A DNA stretch of 64,000 bases, taken from the NCBI GenBank assembly GCA_964608265.1, contig CAZSNP010000010.1, positions 13,959 to 77,958 on the forward strand, in the 5' to 3' direction. The notes below the pieces were generated by a model. The model made no database searches. It saw only the letters and a list, made by a program, of their open reading frames with translations, and was not told where the DNA came from. Both the position numbers and the translations under genes were made by a program. The DNA is from an uncultured Anaerolineales bacterium (GTDB lineage Bacteria; Chloroflexota; Anaerolineae; Anaerolineales; UBA6663). Position 1 is the stretch's first letter. Every line of letters begins with the position of its first letter. This document shows, in pieces, positions 35,391 through 43,042 of this stretch.

Positions 35391-37595
35391 TCACCGCGGG
35401 CTGGAGAATGCCAACACCACCTCGCCGTTGGGCAGCAGCTGCCCTGGCCCATCCGTGATCGGCAGCCGGCTTCCATCCGCCGGGCGATACAGGCCAACAT
35501 ACAGTTTCAGGGCCGAAAGTCCGGTGCCGCGCGGCAATTCGAGGTCGCGCGAATCGACCACAACCTCCCCCGGCGCCCACACGTTGGTTGGATAACTGCC
35601 ATGGCGGGGCACACCATCACTTTGCGTGTAGTTCTGCGGATCGCTCGATCGCAGATGGGCGAATACCCGGTAGCTCTCCTCCAACGGCCGGCGTGTCGTC
35701 CAATGCAGGTCGAGTCGGACCCCGCGGCCGTTAGGCCAGACCGACACGTCGTAGCCGATCAGCTCAATTGAGTCGCCGAGTCGAAGGGCGCTGGAGTAGT
35801 GAGGCTGCGGTGGCGGTTGTTGGGAACGAACCACCAGCGGAACGCGCGCGCCGTGGGGTTGCGGTGTTCCGTTGCCAACGGTCACCGGGAGCGCATCTCC
35901 GGTTGGCGTCCGCAGAAAGCTGACCTCGACTATGCCGATGGCCGGCGCCGGGAACGCCTCCGGCACAATCAATTCAAACCAATCGCAAAAGGGTTGCCCC
36001 GGTGCCCAAAAGCTCGTCGGGAAGTTTCCATCACGGGGATAGGACACCAGCTTCCCGTAACCTTGCCCATCCGGCCCAATCAGTTCCAGCTGTAAGTAAT
36101 AGTTGTTTGTGACCGGCCTGCGGGCCTGCCAGCATAAATCCACTCGCGCGCGCTGCCCGGCCCGGGTGGGTGTCGGGGAAAGGTAGCCCAGCAATTCGAT
36201 CTCGTCACCATACATGGCGCCGGCGTCTCGCACCATCACCGCCGATTGTGCGCTGGAAATGGGCAGCGGTTTGGCGTAACTGTCGGCGATGATGGTGAAC
36301 GGCATGAGCCAACTCAACACTACGAGGCTCAGCGCCAGGACGACCAACACACTCCGTTGCCAGCGCGGCGGGCAGAGTTCTACCCAGCCAGCTACGAGCA
36401 GCAACACCCCACACGGCAACGCCGGCAATAAGTATCGCCCGACCAAAAGCAGATTGTCCTGTTGAGCGATTGCCAGCGCGGTTGCGAGGCCGACGAGGGC
36501 CGCTGGTTGCAACAGCAAGACACCGTACTGCGCGAGGGTGGACGCGCGGTGGCTGCGCCAGGTGAGCGCAGCGCGACCCAGCCCAACCAGCGCGATGGCC
36601 GCAGCTCCGTACCACACTGGGTAAACCCAAGGATGTGTCTCGAGGTTGCCCCAGCCATAAGAGGCAAAAAACGTTCTGAGCGCATATTCGCCTGAGCCGG
36701 CCGTGACGGGGTGCACGCCGGTTTGCAGCGCGGTGAGAAAGCGCCCGAGGGTTGCCCATTGAAAGACCTGTCCGGTCACAAAATCCAGGGAGGAGAGCGC
36801 ATACAAACCAAGGCAAGTCGCCAGGGTCAGCCCCAGCAACGTCAACGCCGACTTGGCGCGATGGCCCAGTAACAGATTGAACAGCAGCGCACTCACCGCG
36901 ACGGGCACGTAGGCTAACGCATTCAGTTTTGTGAGCAGCGCGGCCACCAGCAACAATGCCGTCGCCAACAAGAGCCGATAGCGACTGCCCGCCTGCAGGA
37001 TTCGCAATACACAGTAAAGAATCGGCGCAGCCAGACTGGTGACGAGCAAATCGTTCGTCACCATACTGCCGATGAAGACAAACTGGGGCCAAAAAGCATA
37101 CAGGAGGGTAGCTGCCCAAATACGCGCAGAGTGCGCCGGCCACATCAACCTCGCGCTCAGGAACACGAAGATCACGCTGAGGGTGCTGATGATGGCGCCC
37201 AGCGCGCGAGCGGCGCGGAGCGCCTCGACCTGTGCCCGCTCGAGGCCGGTGGGCGAGTCAGGCGTCACGGCGAAGTTGACGCCTGCATTTCCGTAGCTCA
37301 TCAGGGGATTGAGTTCAGGAAATAAGAAGGTCTGGCCCAAATCACGTGTCAGGAGCACCGGGGCGATGAGGAGGTAGTACAGCGGCGGTTGAAACTTCGA
37401 CCATATCTGGTCGGCTTCCGGGTCGCCGGGTTGCAGCAATTGGCGATACTTGGCGAGGTAGCGGGCATACTGGTAGTGCCCGGTTTCGTCGAAGGACTCC
37501 CACGGCGGCACGATAAAGCTATAGGTCAAACCCACGGCCAGCCGCGCCGCCAGCAGCAGCCCCAACGTCAGCCAGGTGCGGCGATTAGAGTTCAT
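35391..37595 (-). CDS. GT-C glycosyltransferase, family 39 / ArnT-PMT-like, with a soluble C-terminal domain
   Basis: RTWLTLGLLLAARLAVGLTYSFIVPPWESFDETGHYQYARYL has a DE motif in the first outside loop, as in ArnT/PMT enzymes. About 11 further hydrophobic segments and a ~250-aa C-terminal non-membrane region. Overlaps the Wzm stop by 11 nt. Confidence 0.65.
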   Translation of the reverse strand: MNSNRRTWLTLGLLLAARLAVGLTYSFIVPPWESFDETGHYQYARYLAKYRQLLQPGDPEADQIWSKFQPPLYYLLIAPVLLTRDLGQTFLFPELNPLMSYGNAGVNFAVTPDSPTGLERAQVEALRAARALGAIISTLSVIFVFLSARLMWPAHSARIWAATLLYAFWPQFVFIGSMVTNDLLVTSLAAPILYCVLRILQAGSRYRLLLATALLLVAALLTKLNALAYVPVAVSALLFNLLLGHRAKSALTLLGLTLATCLGLYALSSLDFVTGQVFQWATLGRFLTALQTGVHPVTAGSGEYALRTFFASYGWGNLETHPWVYPVWYGAAAIALVGLGRAALTWRSHRASTLAQYGVLLLQPAALVGLATALAIAQQDNLLLVGRYLLPALPCGVLLLVAGWVELCPPRWQRSVLVVLALSLVVLSWLMPFTIIADSYAKPLPISSAQSAVMVRDAGAMYGDEIELLGYLSPTPTRAGQRARVDLCWQARRPVTNNYYLQLELIGPDGQGYGKLVSYPRDGNFPTSFWAPGQPFCDWFELIVPEAFPAPAIGIVEVSFLRTPTGDALPVTVGNGTPQPHGARVPLVVRSQQPPPQPHYSSALRLGDSIELIGYDVSVWPNGRGVRLDLHWTTRRPLEESYRVFAHLRSSDPQNYTQSDGVPRHGSYPTNVWAPGEVVVDSRDLELPRGTGLSALKLYVGLYRPADGSRLPITDGPGQLLPNGEVVLAFSSPR

Positions 37596-38370
37596 CGGCG
37601 AACGAACGCTGCGCGCGGCGGAAGACCGTCAGGCCGATGACGAGGGCCAGCAGCGCCTCAGCCAGTGTGAGGGCCAACAGCGAGTAGTCGGGGGCGACGC
37701 CAGAGTACACAACCCGGCGATACTGAGTGACGAGGCCCGCCATCGGGTTGAGGACGAGCGCTAGTTGCGCCAGCCCGTTGGCCGCCCCTTGTGTCGAGTA
37801 GTCGTAGACGATCGGGGTGAGGAAGAAGCCGGGCAGCATCAACACTTCGACGATTTGCTGGATGTCGCGGAAGAAAACATTGAGGGCCGACAACGCCAGC
37901 ACCAGCCCGAGAATTAACGCGGACTGGGCGGCAAGCAATATCGGCAGCCAAAGCAACGCCGGGGTGAACGGTGTCCCGAACAACAGCATGATCAGACCCA
38001 GCGGCGCCAGCGCGATGACGAAGTTGACGGCGTTCGATAACACCACCGCCAGCGGCAAGATCTCGCGCGGAAAGCCCACCCGATTGATGAGGTGGCCATT
38101 GCTGGTGATCGAGGTCGTGCCGCTCACGACCGCCAGGCTGAAGAAATTCCACGGCAACAGCGCTGCCAGAAAGAAAACCGGGTAATTGGGGATGGGGTTG
38201 GGGACGATGAAGCCGAAGACCAGGCTGAAGAAGAACGTCAACAGCAGGGGATAGAGCAGGCTCCACACGACGCCGAGCACCGAGTTGCTATAGCGCACCT
38301 GCAGGTCGCGCCAGGCCAGCAACCCGGCGGCTTCGCGATATTTGAAGAGGGCCGAAACCTGGGCGATCAC
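37585..38370 (-). CDS. wzm: ABC-2 type polysaccharide export permease (Wzm/TagG-like)
   Basis: LFKYREAAGLLAWRDLQVRYSNSVLGVVWSLLYPLL is the hallmark N-terminal block of Wzm/TagG permeases. Six hydrophobic segments. Confidence 0.85.
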   Translation of the reverse strand: MIAQVSALFKYREAAGLLAWRDLQVRYSNSVLGVVWSLLYPLLLTFFFSLVFGFIVPNPIPNYPVFFLAALLPWNFFSLAVVSGTTSITSNGHLINRVGFPREILPLAVVLSNAVNFVIALAPLGLIMLLFGTPFTPALLWLPILLAAQSALILGLVLALSALNVFFRDIQQIVEVLMLPGFFLTPIVYDYSTQGAANGLAQLALVLNPMAGLVTQYRRVVYSGVAPDYSLLALTLAEALLALVIGLTVFRRAQRSFADEL

Positions 38371-38426
38371 GACAATCGGATGACGGGCAGGGCTTGAGTA
38401 AACAAGGGCATGGTCGGCGGGCGATG

Positions 38427-39461
38427 TTACCGGGTTGTGACGGCGGCTTTGTCGTTTTGTAATTGACCCAGCCGCTGATACTCACGCAGTGCAGTCAGGG
38501 CCGAGACGATCAGCCCGCGCTCGCGCAGAGTTGCATCCGAGAGTGTGCGAGTAGCTTGCAGGTGTCGCCGCTCGCGCAGCAGATGGGGAAGGCTGCGAGC
38601 AAATCCCCAGGTTCCGGACGCGAGTGCGCCCAACCCCGCCCACTGCGCACGAAAGCCGAATTCTAGCACGCGGTACAGATCGTACCCAAGGGAAGTGACG
38701 AGCCCCCGCAGCAGCGTCGGCCATTGCAGGTGCTTGACCATGTTGGCATAGCGATTGCGCTGCATCTGCCGGATGCGGAACGGCGCAGCCCGCCCGCCGA
38801 CCGACCCGCCGAAATGATGGTGAGCTTCGGCCTGTGGGATGTGCCAGACCTCGTGACCGGCCAGCCACGCCCGCCAGCACAAATCTACATCTTCGAGGTA
38901 GGCGAAGTAGCTGGCGTCGAAGCCGCCGAGCTTGAGGAAGACCTCCCGGCGCACGAGCATCGCCGCACCGGGCACCGCCGCCACCCAACGCGCGGTGTCG
39001 TGTTGGCCGCGATCCACCTCGCCCCAGCCGATCTCGAACGCGGTGCCCGCGTCGGTGTACGCCGCGCCCGCGCACTGGATCACGCGGCCATTCGCTTCGG
39101 CACCCGCCAACAAAAGCTTGCCGCCGAGCACGGCGGCCCGTGGATGTTGAGCTGCTGCCGCCAGCAGTGTCTCCAGCCAGCGCGGCGTGAGTGTGGCATC
39201 GTTGTTGAGCAGCACTGCCCACTCGCATTCGATCTGGGCGAGCGCGCGGTTGTAAGCCTCAGCAAAGCCATAGTTGTGGTCAAGGGCCAGCACTCGAACC
39301 TGTGGCCAATTCTGGCGCAGGTAGGCCAGCGACTCATCGGTCGAGGCGTTATCCACCAGGATCAGGTCGGCCGGAGTCGTGAGTTGCGCCAGACTGGTGA
39401 AGCACGCTTCCAGCCAACGCTGGCCGTTGTAGTTGAGGACGAGGATGGCAACGCCGGCCAC
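38427..39461 (-). CDS. Glycosyltransferase family 2
   Basis: VAILVLNYNGQRWLEACFTSL...ILVDNASTDES...NYGFAEAYN...LLNNDA...YLEDVDLCWRAWLAGHEV. Confidence 0.85.
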   Translation of the reverse strand: MAGVAILVLNYNGQRWLEACFTSLAQLTTPADLILVDNASTDESLAYLRQNWPQVRVLALDHNYGFAEAYNRALAQIECEWAVLLNNDATLTPRWLETLLAAAAQHPRAAVLGGKLLLAGAEANGRVIQCAGAAYTDAGTAFEIGWGEVDRGQHDTARWVAAVPGAAMLVRREVFLKLGGFDASYFAYLEDVDLCWRAWLAGHEVWHIPQAEAHHHFGGSVGGRAAPFRIRQMQRNRYANMVKHLQWPTLLRGLVTSLGYDLYRVLEFGFRAQWAGLGALASGTWGFARSLPHLLRERRHLQATRTLSDATLRERGLIVSALTALREYQRLGQLQNDKAAVTTR

Positions 39462-40511
39462 TCAATCCAACTCCACCGGCAGGCCGCCCACCGGCTGCCG
39501 GCGCGACGGGCCACGCTCGCGCCCGAGGCTGAGGAACTGATCCCAGGCGTAATTCCAACTCAACCCACGCAGCACCTGCCAATCGCTGCGGCGGCGCAAG
39601 GCTTCGATGCGCGCGCGGCGTTGGGCAAGCCGTTGCGACTGCGACCACACCCAGCGATACGACGCCGCCTTCGCCTGCAAAAATCCCGGCCCGCGTAAGA
39701 GGCAGTATCCCCACATCAACAGTTCGGTGACGAGCAGCATCGGCGCAAGAGCCAGCCGCGCCGGCGGGCCGAGGTGCGTCAACAGCAGCGCCAGGCGGTT
39801 CCGTTCGAGCAGAAACAGCTTTTCGGGATACATGCTGAGGTGATAGTGGTGATGGACCACGGAGCGCGGCACACAATACACGTCGTACCCCATCAACTGC
39901 AGCGACCACGACAGTTCGACATCTTCGTGATACAGAAATCCGGCCTCATCCCAGCCCTGCATATGCGTGAGCACGGCCCGGGGCATGACGAACGCGGCCC
40001 CGTGTAACCCTGAGACCCGTATCGGCTGCGACAGATCGGCGGGCCGCTCGCGCCACAGCCAGCGATTGAAGCCGAGGCCGGACACGTGCACCTCCTGTCC
40101 CGCCGAATTGATGCGGCCATCGCCGCGCAGGAGGATGAGGGGGCTGAGGCCGCCGGCCTGCGGATTGGCCTGCAGAAAGCTCACCGCCTCGGCCAGCCAG
40201 CCCGGCTCGACGACGCAGTCAGGGTTGAGGACGGCGACGTACTCGCCGCGCAAGTGGGGCAGGGCGCTGTTCACCCCTCCGGCGTAGCCGCGATTGGTCG
40301 GGTTGTGGAGCGCGTGCACATTCGACCATTGGGCCGCGAGCGTCGCGGCGAGGTCGCCGCTGCCATCGGGGGAGGCGTTATCCACCAGCCACACCTCGGA
40401 CGGCGGCGAGGCCGTGTCCGCCTTGAGCGCCGACACACATTCCGCCAAATGGTCACGTCCGTTGTAGATGACGACGACGACGGAGACGTCGGGCCGAATC
40501 GGCTCACTCAT
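39462..40511 (-). CDS. Glycosyltransferase family 2
   Basis: VSVVVVIYNGRDHLAECVSAL...WLVDNASPDGS...NRGYAGGVN...VLNPDC...YHEDVELSWSLQLMGYDV. Confidence 0.85.
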   Translation of the reverse strand: MSEPIRPDVSVVVVIYNGRDHLAECVSALKADTASPPSEVWLVDNASPDGSGDLAATLAAQWSNVHALHNPTNRGYAGGVNSALPHLRGEYVAVLNPDCVVEPGWLAEAVSFLQANPQAGGLSPLILLRGDGRINSAGQEVHVSGLGFNRWLWRERPADLSQPIRVSGLHGAAFVMPRAVLTHMQGWDEAGFLYHEDVELSWSLQLMGYDVYCVPRSVVHHHYHLSMYPEKLFLLERNRLALLLTHLGPPARLALAPMLLVTELLMWGYCLLRGPGFLQAKAASYRWVWSQSQRLAQRRARIEALRRRSDWQVLRGLSWNYAWDQFLSLGRERGPSRRQPVGGLPVELD

Positions 40512-41730
40512 CCAAATCGAGGGGGGTGATGATCTCCACCGGTGGGGCTTTTCGCAGCCGGGTCAGGCGCCCGGCGAAGATCGAGAGGAAGAGCGCGGCG
40601 GAGACAACTTGCATGCCAAAGACCAGCGCGGTGGCAGCCAGCACCACCTGCCGGGTGGCGAAGAAAAGCCCCTGCCCACTTGCAATCCACTGATTGAACA
40701 GCAGAATGATGTATACCGCTGCGATCGCGATGGTGATGACGCCCAGCAGCGCGCCGCCGAGCCGCACCGGCCGCGAACTAAGGCCGACCAACCAGCGCGC
40801 CGGACGGTAGCCGGCCTCCACCCCGTACAGCGCCGCGGCGATGCCGAAGACGATCAACTGAAACGAGGCGACGGCCCCGAGGGTGACGATGATGAAGGCA
40901 TGCACATCCAACCCAAGGAAGGCCCCTTGTCCGAGCACCCCCGCCCCGCCCAGCGCCAGCAGCATGATGATGAAGCCCGGGGTGACGAAGGTGAGCAACG
41001 GATTGTAGAGCAGGAACATGGCCAGGATACGCCCGAGGATGAGGACGCCATCCCTCCACGCATGCAGCTTCTTCGCGCCCAGCCGCGCCCCGTATTCGAT
41101 CGGAAACGTGGTGGCCCGCAGGCCGCGCACCCGGGCCTTGATGCCGATTTCGGCCTCGATGTCAAACCCCTCCGACTCGAGCCGCATCTTGAGCAACGCC
41201 TCGCGCCGCAGCCCGTACAGCCCGCTCAGATGGTCGGAGCCGTCGAGCCCATGTGAAAACGACAAGAGCAGATCAAAGATGCGATTGCCGATCCGGTTGA
41301 CGAGCGGCATGGCCTCGGTATCGCGCGGGCGACTGCAACGTACCAGGTCGTGATGGGCCAGCAATTCGACAATCGTGGGGATCGCGCTGGCCGGGTAAGT
41401 CGCGTCGGCATCCATCACGACGATGAGGTCACCCGTCGCGTGGGCGAGGCCGGTGCGGATGGCGGCCCCTTTGCCGCGGTTGCTCCGGTGGCGGATGAGG
41501 CGAATGGGGTAGCGGCGGGCGATGGCGGCCGACTCGTCGGTGGAGCCATCGTCCACGACGATGATTTCATAGCGGCCCTCGGCCTCACCGCGCACGGCGG
41601 CCAACACATCTTCGAGCACCGTCGGCAGGGCGGTGGCCTCGTTGAAGGATGGCAGGAGGATGCTGACGGTCATGGGCCGGGCAGGAGTGGCCAGCGCCAC
41701 AGCCGGGCGCAATGTCGAAAGTGCTGACAT
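40504..41730 (-). CDS. Polyprenyl-phosphate glycosyltransferase (GT2; DPM1/GtrB-like) with four C-terminal TM helices
   Basis: MTVSILLPSFNEATALPTVLEDV...IIVVDDGSTDESA...NRGKGAAIRTGL...VMDADATYP, then a hydrophobic C-terminal third. The start is 41730 or the ATG at 41673. Confidence 0.8.
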   Translation of the reverse strand: MSALSTLRPAVALATPARPMTVSILLPSFNEATALPTVLEDVLAAVRGEAEGRYEIIVVDDGSTDESAAIARRYPIRLIRHRSNRGKGAAIRTGLAHATGDLIVVMDADATYPASAIPTIVELLAHHDLVRCSRPRDTEAMPLVNRIGNRIFDLLLSFSHGLDGSDHLSGLYGLRREALLKMRLESEGFDIEAEIGIKARVRGLRATTFPIEYGARLGAKKLHAWRDGVLILGRILAMFLLYNPLLTFVTPGFIIMLLALGGAGVLGQGAFLGLDVHAFIIVTLGAVASFQLIVFGIAAALYGVEAGYRPARWLVGLSSRPVRLGGALLGVITIAIAAVYIILLFNQWIASGQGLFFATRQVVLAATALVFGMQVVSAALFLSIFAGRLTRLRKAPPVEIITPLDLDE

Positions 41731-41762
41731 GACAGATTAGTCAACGAACTGAATGCGGTGCG

Positions 41763-41768
41763 ATTATA
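41763..41768 (-). promoter_or_regulatory. Consensus -10 hexamer TATAAT (minus strand) ahead of the 41730-35391 operon
   Basis: attata at 41763-41768 on the plus strand equals TATAAT on the minus strand, 32 nt upstream of the ATG at 41730 and just downstream of the terminator of the preceding gene. Confidence 0.4.
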
Positions 41769-41782
41769 GCCCGGGCGGTGGC

Positions 41783-41823
41783 AAAACAAAAAGCGGGAGC
41801 GCCACCCGTGAGGTGACGCTCCC
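41783..41823 (-). terminator. Intrinsic terminator of the orphan ABC ATPase gene
   Basis: On the minus strand the sequence reads gggagcgtcacc-tcac-gggtggcgctccc followed by gctttttgtttt. The stem is about 12 bp with one mismatch. Confidence 0.65.
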
Positions 41824-41845
41824 ACTCCGTAAGCGAACCCGGCGC

Positions 41846-42946
41846 TCAGCGGATCGCGACCTCGGTATCCTTGTGGAACAGGTGCATGTTGTCGAGGTTC
41901 ATCGCCATCGGCACCTTGTCACCCACACGCGCCCGGCTGCGCGGATCAACCCGGGCCACATAGTTCTTGTCGCCCGACTTGAGGTAGAGGAAGACCTCGT
42001 TGCCCATCAACTCGGTCACTTCGACGTCGGCCTCCACCGGTGCGGAGTGCACGCCGGGCGGGGCGAAGTTCGGGTCGTGAATATCTTCGGGGCGGACGCC
42101 AAAGACCACCTGCTTGCCCGCATGCGCCAGGTACGCGCCGGCCTTACTCTCGGGCACCCGCACCGCAAACGCGCCGGCATCCACGACCACGGTGTTGTCG
42201 GCCTTCACCAGTTTGGCGTCGAAGAAGTTCATGGACGGCGAGCCGATAAAGCCGGCCACAAAGACGTTGTTGGGCCGGTCGTATAAATTCTGCGGCGAGT
42301 CGAGTTGCTGCAGGATGCCATCCTTCATCACCGCGATGCGGCTGGCCATCGTCATGGCTTCAACCTGGTCGTGCGTGACGTAGATGAAGGTGGTCTTGAG
42401 GCGCTGGTGCAGCTTGGAGATTTCGGCGCGGGTTTGCACGCGCAGCTTGGCGTCGAGGTTGGACAGCGGCTCATCGAACAGAAACACCGAAGGTTCGCGA
42501 ACGATGGCGCGCCCCACCGCCACGCGCTGGCGCTGGCCGCCGGAGAGTTGTTTGGGCTTGCGCTGGAGCAGGTGGCTGATGCTGAGGATCTCGGCTGCTT
42601 CCTTCACCCGCCGGTCGATCTCCGCTTTGGGCGTCTTGCGAAGCTTGAGGCCGAACGCCATGTTGTCGTACACGCTCATATGCGGATACAGCGCGTAGCT
42701 CTGGAAGACCATGGCGATGTCGCGATCCTTCGGCGCGACATTGGTGACGTCGCGGTTGCCGATGAGGACGCGCCCGCCGGTGATTTCTTCCAGCCCGGCC
42801 AGGCACCGCAGCGCCGTGGACTTGCCACACCCGGAAGGCCCCACGAGGACAAGAAACTCTTTGTCTTCAATGGCGATGTTCAAATCCTTCAGAACGTGGT
42901 TGTCATTGAACCGCTTATCAACGTGGTCGTAGGTTACGCTTGCCAT
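41846..42946 (-). CDS. Sugar ABC importer ATP-binding protein (UgpC/MalK/MsiK family), monocistronic
   Basis: AAAGGAGAAA RBS before the ATG at 42946. MASVTYDHVDKRF...VLVGPSGCGKSTALRCLAGLEEITGGRVLIG...IAMVFQSYALYPHMSVYDNMAFGL...LSGGQRQRVAVGRAIV...FLFDEPLSNLDAKLR. No permease or binding-protein gene is adjacent. Confidence 0.9.
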   Translation of the reverse strand: MASVTYDHVDKRFNDNHVLKDLNIAIEDKEFLVLVGPSGCGKSTALRCLAGLEEITGGRVLIGNRDVTNVAPKDRDIAMVFQSYALYPHMSVYDNMAFGLKLRKTPKAEIDRRVKEAAEILSISHLLQRKPKQLSGGQRQRVAVGRAIVREPSVFLFDEPLSNLDAKLRVQTRAEISKLHQRLKTTFIYVTHDQVEAMTMASRIAVMKDGILQQLDSPQNLYDRPNNVFVAGFIGSPSMNFFDAKLVKADNTVVVDAGAFAVRVPESKAGAYLAHAGKQVVFGVRPEDIHDPNFAPPGVHSAPVEADVEVTELMGNEVFLYLKSGDKNYVARVDPRSRARVGDKVPMAMNLDNMHLFHKDTEVAIR

Positions 42947-42983
42947 GTGAGGTTTCTCCTTTGGGTTTTCATATGGTGACGGC

Positions 42984-42989
42984 ATTATA
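42984..42989 (-). promoter_or_regulatory. Consensus -10 hexamer TATAAT (minus strand) for the ABC ATPase gene
   Basis: attata at 42984-42989 on the plus strand, 37 nt upstream of the ATG at 42946. Confidence 0.45.
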
Positions 42990-43042
42990 ACTGAGCGTGC
43001 GCCCGGCGCATAGATGAATTTGGCGCTGCCCGGCGTGGCGGG

